From Octopus vulgaris (lineage: Eukaryota): a DNA stretch of 64,000 bases. The stretch spans positions 183,644,001 to 183,708,000 of the forward strand of contig OX597814.1 of assembly GCA_951406725.2 (NCBI GenBank), read 5' to 3'. Under the pieces are notes generated by a model. The model saw only the letters and a program-made list of their open reading frames with translations, did no database searches and was not told where the DNA came from. Positions within the stretch are counted from its first letter, which is position 1, and every line of letters begins with the position of its first letter. Of the stretch, positions 37,541 through 51,804 are shown one piece after another. The translations under genes were made by a program, and so were the position numbers.

Positions 37541-39504
37541 GGTTTAGCAAGTAGACTAATAAGAAAGCATAAAATACATGATGAACTTTTTCCCTTTGTT
37601 AATATGATTATTTAATTATGTAGCTCTGTGTACTAGGTTTAAAGAGCTACTTAAAAAAAACAAACTTCAGGCATATTTATAATAGAACTAAAAACAATCT
37701 CTTCATATTAGGCGGAGTATTACCTTTTGCCCTGTCGGGTATCATTCAACATCTGTTCGTCACATGAACGGGGGATAGAATATATGTATATTCCTTAAAT
37801 CATCGCCCTGAAATATTTAGATTTAAGCCTGTCAAAACCAAACACGTGATTTCTCAGAAGCTTTGTTATGACATTACTGTAATACTCTTCATAGCCAACA
37901 ATAACCCCTAACAATACACAAAACATATAATTCTATTGTGTAAACAAAACAACCTAGAAACCAATTAGTCCTTATTATATTTTCCTTCTAATATTATCAT
38001 AAAGCAAGCAAACATACATAAAACGGTTGATGTATCTCTGTTTTGGGCCTATGGGACTATAAATAGCTTATGGTCTCCATTTCTGCGAAATATTTCGTTG
38101 ATAGCATCTGTGATGACTTGAAACATAGGATTTCAAGTTTGATAATAAGATATAACTAATCTTGTTATAGCGTTAACAGTAGTTAGAGTAATAGAGAATA
38201 ACGATGAAGTTTACCTATCTATTTAATGACGTCCACTCGGTCGATTGGAGGTTCAGCTTCTGCGAGGAGACAGTTATTTTGTTAGTTTTGTTAATTGTTG
38301 ATATATAATATAACGAAACACATGGTTGTATATTATCCAGTGAATATCAAAAGATGCTAAACATAATCAATGATGTTCACTAAATACAGCATCATGTCTA
38401 ATTTAATCTGGCGGAATATAAAAGAATATAATTAAAAGCAAGTTGCCGTAATTACGACTTAATTCAACATATTGGCTACCAGATGACCACATAATTTACT
38501 AATTATGAAAGAGATTCACTGACAATTTTGTCATCAGTTATTTTCCTTTGAATATTAATGAAAAAATTTGATAAAATGCTGTATAAGGATTATATTTACA
38601 GATAACTAAAAAAACAAACAAACAAGGAGTTTATTTGCCATCATTCTACTGTATTGGATGGCATATAATTACTGACTGGTTTGTTATGTAACTCTGAGTT
38701 GCAGCATTCAAGTAATTGGTGTCCTGCTGCACTAATTAGTAAATATACAATTTTTTTGTATTATGCGTAGCATGCATATTAGTGCAGATGTGTACAATAG
38801 TTTCTGATACTCTCAAATTACTATTACATAGTGAAGGCTTCGAGACGGCCGAAATCCTAAGGATAACAAATGGTTAAATAAATATATTCACCTCTCGAGC
38901 CTCTTCACTTTTTATGGTTTATGTACTCCACATAAAATAATTTCATCGAACGCATCTCCTGGATTTCAACTGCATAAATCTCTGTATTACTATGTGATTT
39001 ACTCAACGGGTCAGCCTTCTATGAACTTAATGTGGAACTGAACTACCGTAAATTAAAATATATTAGAAGAAATAAACTTGAAAGTAAGCTTCTAATGCAA
39101 TAAATAAAGAAGCCTTCCAAAGCAATAACATAAACTTTGATGTAATTAGATAGAATCCTGACTTCGGCCAGCAACTGATGTGAAGCCGAGGTCAAATACA
39201 TGAGTGTACAAACAGATCAGATTTCAGATTTAAAACAACCTCGCTTCCCCTTGAATCTTAACCAATACACAACTAACTGAATTCAGTTCGCTTCGAGCCT
39301 AGATGGTCGAAAGACACAGAAGAAAATATTATACTCGGTGGTATATGCTACTAACTATACTCCGTGCCGTGGAAATGCGTGTCAGTCGTCGTGATCATAA
39401 AAATGCACTGTATAATAAAAGGTAATATAAATGTACTGTAAAATTAAAGGAAATAAATTTTGAGAATGTACCAGTCTCCATATTCTCTATCGTTAGAATT
39501 ATTG

Positions 39505-39964
39505 CTAAGTCACTGGGACGTAAACAAACCTACATCGAATGACTAGCAATCGTGGTGGTGATGGTAGTGGTGGTGGTGGTGGTGGTGGGGCAAACACAGA
39601 CAAGAGTGGCTGTGTGGTAAGTAGCTTGCTTACCAACCACATGGTTCCGGGTTCATTCCCACTGCGTGGCACCTTGGGAGAGTGTCTTCTATTATAGCCT
39701 CGGGCCGACCAAAGCCTTGTGAGTGGATTTGGTAGACAGAAACTGAAAGAAACCTGTCGTATATATGTATATATGTATGTGTATGTATATGTTTGTCCCT
39801 CCCACATCACTTGACAACCGATGGCGGTGTGTTTACGTCCCCGTAACTTAGCAGTTCGGCAAATGGGACCGATAGAATAAATACTAGGCTTACAAAGATT
39901 TGCTCGACTAAAGGCGGTGCTCCAGCATGGCCGCAGTCAAATGACTGAAACAAGTAAAAGAGAG
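39505..39964. mobile_element. Old minus-strand SINE family 1 fragment (39505-39602) fused to a plus-strand near-full copy (39604-39964)
   Basis: Both parts align by eye to family 1. Confidence 0.85.
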
Positions 39965-40023
39965 TATATATATATAATATATATATATAAATACATACAT
40001 ACATACATACATACATACATACA

Positions 40024-40084
<61 letters not shown>

Positions 40085-40088
<4 letters not shown>

Positions 40089-40320
40089 AATAATGAGGGA
40101 GATAAATTAATATTAATTTTAATATCAATTTAAAACCAGTAGTCTAGCATACAAAAAATCTGAGAAATCAGAGAAAATTCTAATATATGTGTATCTTGGC
40201 AGGGCAAGACTGCTAGGTAGTCGGCCGTATGCTAGAAATAGATCATAAACGATCAAACTACAATGAAAGTTCTCTAGAGGAAAAATTCAGCGAACACCAG
40301 GTTCGAGATGTCTGTGCATA
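40085..40320 (-). mobile_element. Probable PLE-like 3' fragment
   Basis: Abuts (TA)n with an AATAATGAGGG end and carries the hairpin + TGCTAGAAATAG module (40208-40241). Confidence 0.45.
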
Positions 40321-40344
40321 TGATATATTTGTGATTGTATATAT

Positions 40345-40375
<31 letters not shown>

Positions 40376-41487
40376 AAACCGATCCTGAAGTCAACAAGTG
40401 ATATTTAATTGGTGGCTAGCGGAAGGATTGTCTTTAGTGCAGCAACAGCTGTGGAAGTAAATTATCTAGCTGTCGTGTGATCTAACTTAGCAGAAATATT
40501 TTATATTTCCTGAAAACCCAGAACTGATCAACATTTGGATACATTGTTCGGTGGCCTAAAGTTCTCCAATCGATCTCCTTGCACTGATATTTTTTTTTTT
40601 TGTTATATGCTAAACGGAAATCCAATATAATTCCCCGCCGCCCCCGAGATTTAACCTAAAGAGTAAAAAGTATCCGAACATATACCGAAAATTAATCTAT
40701 CCTGCTCGCTGTCTGTTCAATACACAGACACATCCACACATGTATTCATATACATACATGCATGCGTATGTACACATACACACACATACATACACGTACG
40801 TGTATATATTTTATGCATGTGTTTGTCTGTCCATTGATGTGTATAGTAAATTGAATGAAAGACGGACAGAAATGAATGATCTTACACCGAATAAGAAAGG
40901 TGTCACTGAAGAGTATCTTCACAACAAAAAATTTAGAGCCTATGAATAAAAAAGGAAGAAAACGTTAAAAGGAAGGAAAAGGAAAACGTCCATTGGATGA
41001 AAAAAATGAGTCAGCATAAGTGTTACAGTTTTTAACAAGAGGTACCGCATGTGTTTTTTCTCTCATGTATGGAGAATAGATGGATTTTACAGATATTTAA
41101 GAGCTGAATTGTGAGTGGAAGTTAAGTATGCTTGATTATTTCATAAAGTATTACCATTGAATATTTATTGATCACAACAGACAGCGAAGAGCTTGGACTG
41201 CTGTCATGTCTTCTGCTGTGAACTCGACTTAATAATGAAAGAAAAAAAAGTTCATATGACATGAATTATACGTAAATACATATACATATATAAATACTAT
41301 CTCTATCTCTCCCTATATATATATAACGGGTTGAGTATTTAAAAATGCACAAGCCATACCTACTCAATACTATATTAAGTAGATTAAGTATTTACATGCA
41401 TCAAATAACATTTTGTTTCTAGAGGTAAATCTGTCAAATATGGATGTATTCACATTCGAGATGTCTGTGAATATGATATATATGTAC

Positions 41488-41541
<54 letters not shown>

Positions 41542-41958
41542 ACATATATATACACACACACACATATATATATGCATGCATACACACAGACATATAAATA
41601 TATATGTACATATATACATACATATATATATATGTGTGTGTGTGTTTATATATGTGTGTGTATCTATATATACACTTATAAATATATAAAGGTTATATGC
41701 ATATATGAAGTTATTGATATGAAGTTATTGATATATAAAATATAACGACCGAAAGAGGATTCAAAAAGCGAATTACTTTTATAAATTTTCAAATTACAAA
41801 AACTGAATGTTTTAATATGCGAACATTATCGACCCTTTTACATCAGTGATATTGCTGCGCTTCGCAAGACAAACGTAGCCAGTAACAGATTTTTAGACAT
41901 GCAATCTCTGAAGAAGGCGGAATTGGTAGTTGTTTCTTTGTATAGTTTGTAACAGACA

Positions 41959-42350
41959 TCTCTCTCTATATAAAGCTGAAATTGTCTGTGTATAGCAGGT
42001 TTGTTGCCTTCAACTAACACTATCTCCTCCGAGACCCTGCAGCGCAAGTTGATCAAAATTGAGAGTATGATAGAAAAAGGCTTGCTTTTCCATCCGTAGA
42101 AGAAAAAATTCAAATCAGATCATGTTAACATCAAAAATTATTTGCATAAAAAAAGGTGCTTTTTTTCTACGAAAATCCCTATTTTGTACGATTTTTTGAC
42201 TGTTGTGTCGCCATTTTTCGGTGTATTTCAACCAGAAAAATGTCCACTTAAAGAGAATTGCAAGATACATAATGCAAAAGTTTTACTTTTCAAAAATTCC
42301 AATTCTAAAGGGTCGAAACAAACCCGAGCAACGCCGAGCGATACTGCTAG
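41959..42350 (+). mobile_element. Non-autonomous Helitron
   Basis: A|TC...AAACCCGAGCAACGCCGAGCGATACTGCTAG|T. Confidence 0.85.
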
Positions 42351-43423
42351 TTAATGATAAAGTGAAATGATAAGAAGCAGTTAGCCATACCGAAAAAGTG
42401 AACTACTTGCATGTTCAGAGAAGCATCGGCGATTATACTGAAAAGGGACAAAGAACACTACGTCTTCGAAAGAATGTTGTGAGGCATTAGCGAGTGAGTG
42501 CATTCCATTTTTATAAGCGGGAAGTTTAGTTGCAGGTCCAGATGTCTGCATGTGTACTAGACTCACCACCCTGTATCTCAAACTATCACATTTCCGAAAA
42601 ATGCTAGGCTTTATATTTTCTGTTAGAATTTTCCTCTTGATCAAACATTCCTCACATTGCAAAACTGGTTAAAAACAAACGTGTGTTAAAATTTTCAATG
42701 TCAGAAAATACGTTAATCCTAAACAGCTGCTAATCCTATATATAAAGCGTAAATGTATCCAACATTACTAAAGAACTGATCACATATCTGGGCTGAAGCA
42801 AACACACCTCTCATGCACGCATTCATGCAAATATCGTAGACTGCAACCGGAAAACAAAGAAAGCTCCCTCGCTGGTAAACAAGATATTATACAGTAACAT
42901 TCATTGATTTACCAACGAGCTGTGTGCTCTCTATGTGATTTCAGCTGCGTCTACAACTATATAGGATTGTTGACTGAAAACTGTTTCTTCTTAAACCAAC
43001 AGTTTCTTCGTTTTCTGTCCATTCTCCCGTGGTTCTATTTATCCAATCTTTGTGAGAGATGCAATTCCCTGTACGTCAAGTTTTTCCATGTTTTCCTTAA
43101 AGTTAATAATCTACAAGAGTTGGAATTGCACAGCAGGAACCATATTTAGCTCTCACAACATTCTATGCCAGAACATTTTCAACATTATTATTACTTTGGT
43201 AACTAGTACGTGTATGCAATTGTGTGTGGACATTCCGTATATATGAAAATGCGGCGTTAATTGTAGATAGACATTAAAAAATATATAGACCACACTCAAA
43301 ACAATTGTTCATCATTTAGTATACACATCATTGCATATTTGTCGCAATAGCCTTACTTGATTTGTTTCATCATATTGATAGTAGTTGGAATCTGAATTAT
43401 TTGGTTTGCTGCCATTATACAAA

Positions 43424-44562
43424 CTAGCAAATCTACCCATCTACGATGGCGGCACAAAATGAGGGAGGGAAGTCATAACAGCAGTATGTATTGAGAAATG
43501 TGTACATGGGCTTGATAGGTTACTGGGTGATGTCTTAGAGAAATCACATTATTGTTGGTGATAGAGCCTTCTATTGTAGCTATATATGACATGTTTGCGA
43601 GTAAGTGACGCGATGACTATTCAATCCCGAACTGAAATAGGCTCCCAGCCTCTGTATCATGAATGGTTATGTGGACCACTCCTATCGAAAGCCAGCGCTT
43701 CCTTCGACCATTACATAAAAAGTATTAAGAAAAAAATGTTATTTAGATGTACTTTTATTTTAGTTGTTCACACTATTTTACATTTGTTTATACTCTTATA
43801 CATTCAAAGTTCACAAATTTCCTTATTTAAATTATGAATCATATTCCTCTTAGTAATATCAATATGATTACAAAAACTTCTTTGTAGACGATATTTTCTG
43901 TTTGGTCGACACTAATTTTCAAATTACTGGAGTCCGTTGCTCTATTCATAGCGACGTATAACTGGCCGTGTGTAAACATCGGAGTGGGTAAAAATACACC
44001 TACATAATCTAAAGCCAGTCTCTGTGCCTTGTTTGCTGTGAATACACGAGCGGAATCTTTAGGGTTGCAAAAAATCAAACTAAGACTTACCTCTCACTGT
44101 TCTATACGAATAATGTCTGGATGTTCTGGCAGTCTGGTTTATCTTGATTGACAAAACTGAGATGTAAACAACAGCAGCCGCTTCGATTAGCCGTTTCGAA
44201 TCCTGCTCGAGACTGATACACTTCAATAATCACGCACACTATATACTGACACACACTTTTTTCTATTTTATTTTCGCTATTATCCGTCCTCGTATCTACA
44301 ATGGGCTCACGAACTATACGGTGAAAATCCAGAGTCACTTGTGGTCGGTAAATTTTTAATAAAAATGCGAATGTAGTTTATCATTTCAAAAATTGCTATG
44401 CATGGAATAATCATACATTATGATTTATCAATGCTAAAAACCTTCCTAACGACCATCTTTCTAATCCTGAAAAATATCGTAACCAGTGGTCCAGCTGTCT
44501 GGCCATGAAGAGGAAAAAGAGAAAGGGACGGACAGATGGATATAACGCTCATTACAGTAAGA
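43424..44562 (-). mobile_element. Deleted Helitron with Pif1-like helicase remnant
   Basis: Minus strand A|TC...CCATC-GTA-GATGG hairpin...CTAG|T. ORF 43839-44078 has TANKAQRLALDYVGVFLPTPMFTHGQLYVAMNRA (helicase motifs V-VI). Confidence 0.88.
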
Positions 44563-44842
44563 TAATATCGCCATATGTGAAATCATCTGCATGTTTTATG
44601 TAATTTTATGATATAACAAGGAATTTACTGTTAAACGATTTTTAACTCCTGATAACGTTTTATCGGTTATAACATTTTCCCTATGATGCATTACTACATA
44701 CAACACAGTACGTCAACAACATAATACTACCATATCTTCATTCAGAAAATGAGGCGAAAATGTTTTGAAATATTACGAAGCTTCATTTGAAAACTAACTA
44801 AACAGAAAACAACTTAGGAATAACAAAACATACCATATATAT

Positions 44843-45055
44843 GTAGTGAGCTGGCAGAAACGTTAGCACGCCGGGCGAAGTGTTTAACGGTATTTCGTCT
44901 GTGTTTACGCTCAGAGTTCAAATTCCGCCGAGGTCAACTTTGCCTTTCATCCTTTCTGGGTCGATAAATTAAGTACCAGTTGCTTACTGGTGTCGATCTA
45001 ATCGACCGCCCCCTCCTCAAATTTCGGGCCTTGTGCCTACAGTAGAAACGGATTA
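44843..45055 (+). mobile_element. SINE family 2, full length
   Basis: GAGCTGGCAGAAACGTTAGCACGCCGGGCG...GAGTTCAAATTCC...GCCTTTCATCCTTTCTGGGTCGATAAATTAAGTACCAG. Confidence 0.9.
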
Positions 45056-46257
45056 GTACTTAGAAATACGTATCTTGATTTAAACCTCTTACCATCGAAA
45101 TGAGACAATTGAGCGCAGCTGTTGTTGATTTGGCATGGCTGATTAGACATTCAACATGTTTGGTGATATTACGCTTTATCACTGGAAGCTAACACACTCA
45201 CGGATTTACATACATGCGCAAAGCTATATACATATATAAATAAAGAGAGCGAGACAGAAAATGGAAGAGAGATTCTACACAAACATACAAGCATAGATAG
45301 ATGCGTGGACACATAAACAGGAAGAGAGAGAGAGGGAGGGGGGAGAGAGAGACAGAGGCATAAGGGGAGACAACAAGAGAAACTATAAAACGACTGATGA
45401 CAAATATAACAGCATCGAATCAGTGAGGCCAAGTTGGCTGTGACTAATAATCTCTTACTCCTAACAATATATCAAAACTGGGGAAAAAAAATTTCTAAAA
45501 TTCTCTCTTCTTACGTTTGAACTCCTTTCAAATTAATTATAAACAACATATCAACTTCCTGTATATTGATTAATAATGGACGCTGAGGGTGGAACATTTG
45601 ACGCTGTAAATTCCCTCTCCAAATGATAGGAAAAGAAACAAAATAATGCAACAGAACAAAATGGCGAATGCAGCGTGGAAGACCAAGTTAGCGATTCAGA
45701 AACAAACAAAGACCCTTATCTTGACTTATACATTTATTTGTAATATGGCGTCAAAATTTTCGCCGTTCGAAACTACATGCGTGTCACTGATAAAAAAAAC
45801 AAGAACTTCTGCTCCATCTGCGGAACCAAATTGAAGAGAAGAAAACTGTGGAGACTATTTTAGACAGAATCAATAAGATTTCACACATTTTCAAAATTAT
45901 ACTGAAATGGTTTATTTGCGGGTCGGGGAGGTGGAGTTTGTTAATAAAGAATTTGTTTTGTTTTGAATTGATAACAAGTTCATTTAAATTTAGTGCATTC
46001 ATATTATTAAATTTTACGTCTCGGAAACTAAATGTATTTGGACAAATGAAGTGCCAAGGTTATAGCTATCGCAAAGATGTTATGAGTGCAATTTTGGTGC
46101 GATTGTTACCCAACACTTTTCAGCTTCTGTTCTGTCTTTCCTGCTCTCTTTTGTCATTCAGTGTTATTTTTGCTAGCAAAACATAAGTTAAATATCTTTC
46201 GTAATTCATTGATGGCGAAGATGTCGATGGTGCACTGTAGTTGCTGTTGCTGCTGCA

Positions 46258-46313
<56 letters not shown>

Positions 46314-46380
46314 CTCCACCACGACTAATAATAATAATGATAACAATAACAACAACAACAACAGCAACAACAGCATCATC
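46258..46380. repeat. Compound trinucleotide repeat (CTA)n/(TAA)n/(CAA)n
   Basis: Directly visible. Confidence 0.95.
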
Positions 46381-48944
46381 AATTATGACGACGACTGCGG
46401 CATAAAAGAGCCGGAAATGAGAGGATTCCAAATCTTCGGTTAAAATGTTTAGCAAGGATATAGTTACAAGTTAAAGCACCCAAACTTCGACAATATCGCA
46501 GAAAATGAATAAACATCTGCAAAAACAGAACTAATTTCCCGGAGTGCAGACGGAATGCACGAAAGACTAATATGGCTATAAAGATCAGTTACTCATTAAG
46601 AATGTCATATTCGAAGGCAGAAGGCTCTGTGCACGGAGTCGAATGACATCCAGATTGTTTTTAGCAGTGTTCCTCGTGGCGTGAACACAGGAAACAGTCA
46701 CGACGCTTGTTGCACCAATAATATGTAGATTCTTTAAACAAGACATCTATAAAAGGTTAATATTTCTAAAGAAACAGACGCATCTTTCATTGGAAGAATA
46801 ATATTCCAGAGAGACTTCCCTCTCGACTGTTTAAAAAAATTTTTTTTTCATCAGTTTTTCTTTCATGCGCGGCGCTAACACTTTTATTTGGCAAGCTAAA
46901 CAGGGCTGAATTCAGACACAATTCTGAGAGGGCAAAAAAAAAAAAGAGAATCATCTTTTTGTATATGGGTGACCTCAAATTCTTCGTCGCAGATGATAAA
47001 TTAATTAATAGATAAATATTAAACTAAAACTATTATTATAGAAACTAGAGAGATTTATTAGAGAAAATGATATGAGAATCTGATCAGAAAACTGCGCAAA
47101 GGCAACCACGAAGAGAAGAATATTAAATAAGAACGCTATTATTATACTACATAAAGAAACAGATATAAGAAAACTGCAGCTTCTTATAAATACATAGAAA
47201 TGAATGAACTAAATAGTGTGCAATACATACAAATAAAAGAAAAGTTTGGAAAGAATATTATATTTGGATTAAATTAATACTTAAAAGAAGGATAAATGCA
47301 GAATTGAAAGACAATAAACATCACTTCTTTCGCTACTTACTAATAAATTATTGTCATAATATTTTCAATTGAACGCTAAAGAAACTAGTAAGACTAGAGA
47401 GAAAAACAAGAATAATAACTGCAGTTAGAATATATCAAACAAAATAAAACAGAAGATTGCATGTACGATGAATAAAGATGGAAGACTTGCGGAATTTTGA
47501 AACTTTTATAAAATATCCACTATAGGATTACAAGAATTAAAAAAAATGCACATGTAACTCTCTGTTTCTTTTAAAATCAATTTCCATGGGTTGAGCCACA
47601 AACTAGCAATCATTTCTAATGAAAAGCATTTGGAATTATTATTTCTTAACTGACCTAGTCATTGTAGACAGTACAAAGAATTGGATGTTGAAATTGGGTG
47701 TTGAAATGAAGTAAAAATTTGAAACAGCAACAACAGATAATAAAATAACAGCAAAAACAGTTTCTGAATTGGTAGTGATATTTTTTTTGGAATAGTCAAA
47801 AACACCTATAGATACAAAATTAGCAAAGGCGAGAACCATCTGCTGATGGTCTCTGAGCCGGTATTTTGATGTAATTGGCCATCTGCTCATAGCTTCATCC
47901 TAGTTCCTATGAAACTCGTACGAACGAAAATGTAAGTATTTAAAAAGATCGTAGGTATTGTACACCTATGAAGCCAGATGGTTTAATTTGGTCCCTTCAT
48001 AAGAAGATATATTAGCCGATGGATTTCTCGAGGTTATTTAGTGCTCCTGTTAGCGCCTAATATTCATTCAGTTGTATTTGACATTGCCACAGTTACAACA
48101 CTTCACCCTGCGAAGATGGTTTGCCGTGAACAAGCTCCTCAACCGATATGCATTCTAAAACCTCTGGCTTTGCAACAATGAGCCAAGAGCGAAAGGTAGA
48201 GGATCAGTAAGAGAGAACACTCTTGAATCTAGCATTGAAATCGAATGTTAGAACCGTTCAGAAAAATACTATAGACTGAAGTAACCCAGCTTCTGAAAAC
48301 AGGACGGACGAAACTATGTTGAAGTCAGTCGCCATGCCGAAATAATAAAAACTTTTGATTCGTGTTAATTACAAACCCCAAGGAATTCAGATTTCGTACC
48401 TGCCCTCTTTACGCATGAAATGATTGTCGCATAAAGATTTGACTACGATCGCGCAGATCCGTACGGAATAAGAATTCCATCTCTGTCCCTAGAAATTTTC
48501 CTATTTCTCATATCATCCTTGTTCCACTCCCACCAACCTGCTGCCACGAGTCATTAAATATTTATTTTTGGTGACACATATATACCAATATACCACCTGC
48601 ACATTTACGTCTCATCTGCCTATAAGAAATGAAATGAGAATGAATTCCTCACTACCCCAAACCTACTTTTCAGTGTAATTTACTGAGCTTTGCAAAAACT
48701 GTGACACAATCAAAGCGACCTTTTCTCTTTCGTTCATATTAGTCCGTTAATTTTGGCAGATATATTGGCATGTCCATTAATATCTAGAATGTGTTATTAT
48801 TGTCCGTAAGGGAGGAATGACCATAACAAGAATGAATGCAATAATATCCCCGAAACAGGTTGTAGATTATAAATTAAGTGACGGAAAATTATAACGATGC
48901 TATTATAATTCAATTCAAAACTAAACATTACATTCTATTTTTCA

Positions 48945-49110
48945 TATTGGTTTCAAACTTTGGCATTAGATTAGCAATTACGGGGGAGAAGTAAGTCGAT
49001 TACATCGTTCCCATTGCTCAACCGACGCTTATTTCATTTTTTTTTTTATCATGAAAAGATGAAAGGCACATCGACTTCGGCGACATTTGAACTCATAACA
49101 TAGAGACGTT
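48945..49110 (-). mobile_element. SINE family 2, diverged and truncated
   Basis: AGTCGATTACATCG...GATGAAAGGCACATCGACTTCGGCGACATTTGAACTC. Confidence 0.75.
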
Positions 49111-49159
49111 GATAATTCACTTAATTTTCACATGTGTTTAGATTTAAATAATTAGAGAT

Positions 49160-50040
49160 AATAAAGAGAGCCAGACTAATCTTTTAACAAAGGAAATTTT
49201 AACTTAAGGTGCAACTGGAATTTTGAAAACGAAGAGGAAGTGCAAAGGCAGTTTAGGAGGGAGTTCCAAACGAAACCACCAATGCTGATTATCATCACTG
49301 AAATCAGGGATAAGTTTGACGCAGATGGAATTATGCAGAATACCCACAAGAAACCTTCCGGAAGACCTCGGACACCAATGGGTTCCTCAAAGCAAGAAAA
49401 ATTACTAGAAAATCTGTGCTGCCGGCAAATCGTGCGACAGGAACTTCAAACTCAACTGTTGTTTACATTTTGAAGCGCTATCATTAGAAAAGTTACATTC
49501 TAAAAATAACACTTACGCTCAGATAAGACAATGGTGACTGAAGAGAGATTTTACGAGTGGTGCGTGGTGAGATTCTTGAAGGTGCACAGTTTCCAGCAAA
49601 AAATATTTAGAGGGATGGGCAACGTTTTATTTACATCGTTGTATTAATCGCCATACTTACACCTACTGCGGATCTGAGAATCCGTATATTGCAGAAAGAC
49701 ATCATGTTCATTTATCAGAAGTAGTAGCATGGTGCAGTATATCACCAAAAGGATTCATTGAACCATTCTTTTATGATGGTATTGCGACCTGTCTTACTTA
49801 CTCGAACTTGCGGCGACAGTCTATCAGGAAAAAGCATTCAAGAGGACTTTAAATATGTGGTGTAGTATTTCCAAAAGGACGGGACACTCCCACACTACAT
49901 GGTAATGTAAGGGCTGACTTTGGTGAGATTTTGTCAAGCAGGTAGATTAGATTAAGAGGTTCAGTAGAGTACACTCCCTCCGTTCACGAGTAATTTTTAT
50001 GGCGATACTTAAACGATAAAGCTTAGCAGTATTTTAATGA
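49160..50040 (+). pseudogene. Highly decayed rosa/Tc3-like transposase
   Basis: N-terminal FENEEEVQRQFRREFQTKPP...IRDKFDADG...SGRPRT, followed by INRH, WCSISPKGFIEPFFYDG and YFQKDGTLPHY in shifted frames. Confidence 0.75.
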
Positions 50041-50803
50041 CGCAGACGAGAATTTTTTGTTGTGAAACAATGCAGCAGGTACTTGAAATAGGACCTTATT
50101 GGCGGTTGTAATAAACCCACAAGTGTTTGTTGTAATGACATAGATAAATTGTGGTTGCAATGAAACATTTAATATATATTGCCATATTGCTCTATCTATA
50201 ACATGCAGTACTTGTTAACGATAACAAGGAGACTATGTCTAGCACCCAGTAATTGTGATGAAACTAAGTCTAGCCTTCTAGTACTGGATTCTTTTTAATA
50301 ATAAAGTGAAGAATGCATTTGTAACAACCAACACTTGCTATCAATTAACAGAGGTCGCTCATACACTTAGTTGTGAAAATGAACATGAAGACTATATTTC
50401 GAACACCAAGGTCATAGAAATTATATTTCAACAAGCAACTCTAGTTAGCAGCTGTATAGAGAAAGCGTCTGACACCTGAAAGTTGTTAACAATAATGCAG
50501 AGACTAATTTATAACGTCCTTGACTTGTTAATAATAACAACATACAATCTTTTAGCACCCAGCTCTTATTTACGATAATCAGGAGCCTGCAATCCTGACA
50601 ATTAACTCTTGTTAACAATCCCATGAAGATTACTTCTAATAGAGAGCACGTGTTAACAATATTACAGTGAATAGATTGCTTAAGATTCAGCTCCTGTTAG
50701 TAATAGACACTGAGCATTTCTTAAGAATAACATGGCGACTATAATTTTAACACTAATATATTGTTAATGATAACGCGAGATTATGATTATACTAAACATA
50801 TTT

Positions 50804-51036
50804 AAGGCGGCGAGTCGGCAGAAACATTAGCACGCAGGGCGAAATGCTTAGCAGTATTTTGTCTGGCGCTACGTTCTGAGTTCAAATTCCGCCGAGGTCG
50901 ACTTTACCTTTCATCCTTTCGGGGTCAATAAATTAAGTACCAGTTACGCACTGGAGTCAATGTAATCGACTTAATCCCTTTGTCTGACCTTGTTTGCCCC
51001 TTCTATGTTTAGCCCCTTGTGGGCAATAAAGAAATA
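50804..51036 (+). mobile_element. SINE family 2, full length
   Basis: 16-bp TSD TATACT(A/G)AACATATTT (50788-50803 and 51037-51052). Confidence 0.93.
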
Positions 51037-51299
51037 TATACTGAACATATTTTGCAAACAATAGCATGGAAACTGCATCTGAGACCCTGTCGTTCTTAGA
51101 AATGATATAGCGTTAGTACGCTAATGTACAAATATCGAGAAATATTAAAGTCTTTATTAACGATGTGTCTGAAAGTGAATTTTTCTTTAAATAATGACTT
51201 ACAATGCATTGGGTTAAAAAATGGATGGAAACAGGGTTATGTAACCCAATGTTTATAGCTGAATTCGCTCCGAGACATCGTTAATAAGGACCTATTTAA

Positions 51300-51517
51300 A
51301 TAATCCTTTTTACTGTAAGCACAAAACCTGGAAATTGTGGGGAGGGGTATAGTCGATCACATCGACTGCAGTACTTGATTGGTACTTATTTTGTCTACCC
51401 GAAAGGATAAAAGGCAAAGTCAATCTGGACGCAATTTGAATTCAGAAAGTGAAAACGGACGAAATGTCGCTAATCATTTTGACCGCCGTGTTAATGATTC
51501 TGCCAGCTCGCTGCCTT
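51300..51517 (-). mobile_element. SINE family 2, full length
   Basis: 11-bp TSD GACCTATTTAA (51289-51299 and 51518-51528). Confidence 0.9.
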
Positions 51518-51804
51518 GACCTATTTAATTAATAACAGCATATTTCTAACACCAGGCACCTGTTAGAAATAACATGTAAACTACTTGTAACGTACAGCCC
51601 TTGCATCGAGGCTTCATGTCTAACTACGAACACATATTAAAACTAACATCAGTTTTGTATCACATACAGAATTCTTGATAACAATAACATAGGAACTAAT
51701 TCTAATATTCAGTTCTTCTTAATCATATGCAAATTGTTTATTATAATTGTGTGCTGGAGATAGCAAAGAGACTATTTAACACAAGAAATCCATTCTTTTT
51801 TTTA

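Noticed and set aside
40230-40241. GCTAGAAATAG resembling the Cas9 sgRNA scaffold loop
   Set aside because: A short coincidental match to an engineered sequence. There is no tracr, cas or array context, and it is part of a host repeat motif.
45655-46420. YY1-like AAAATGGCG and ETS-like CCGGAA motifs as a promoter
   Set aside because: Short motifs with no downstream exon or CpG-rich context, so not supportable from sequence alone.
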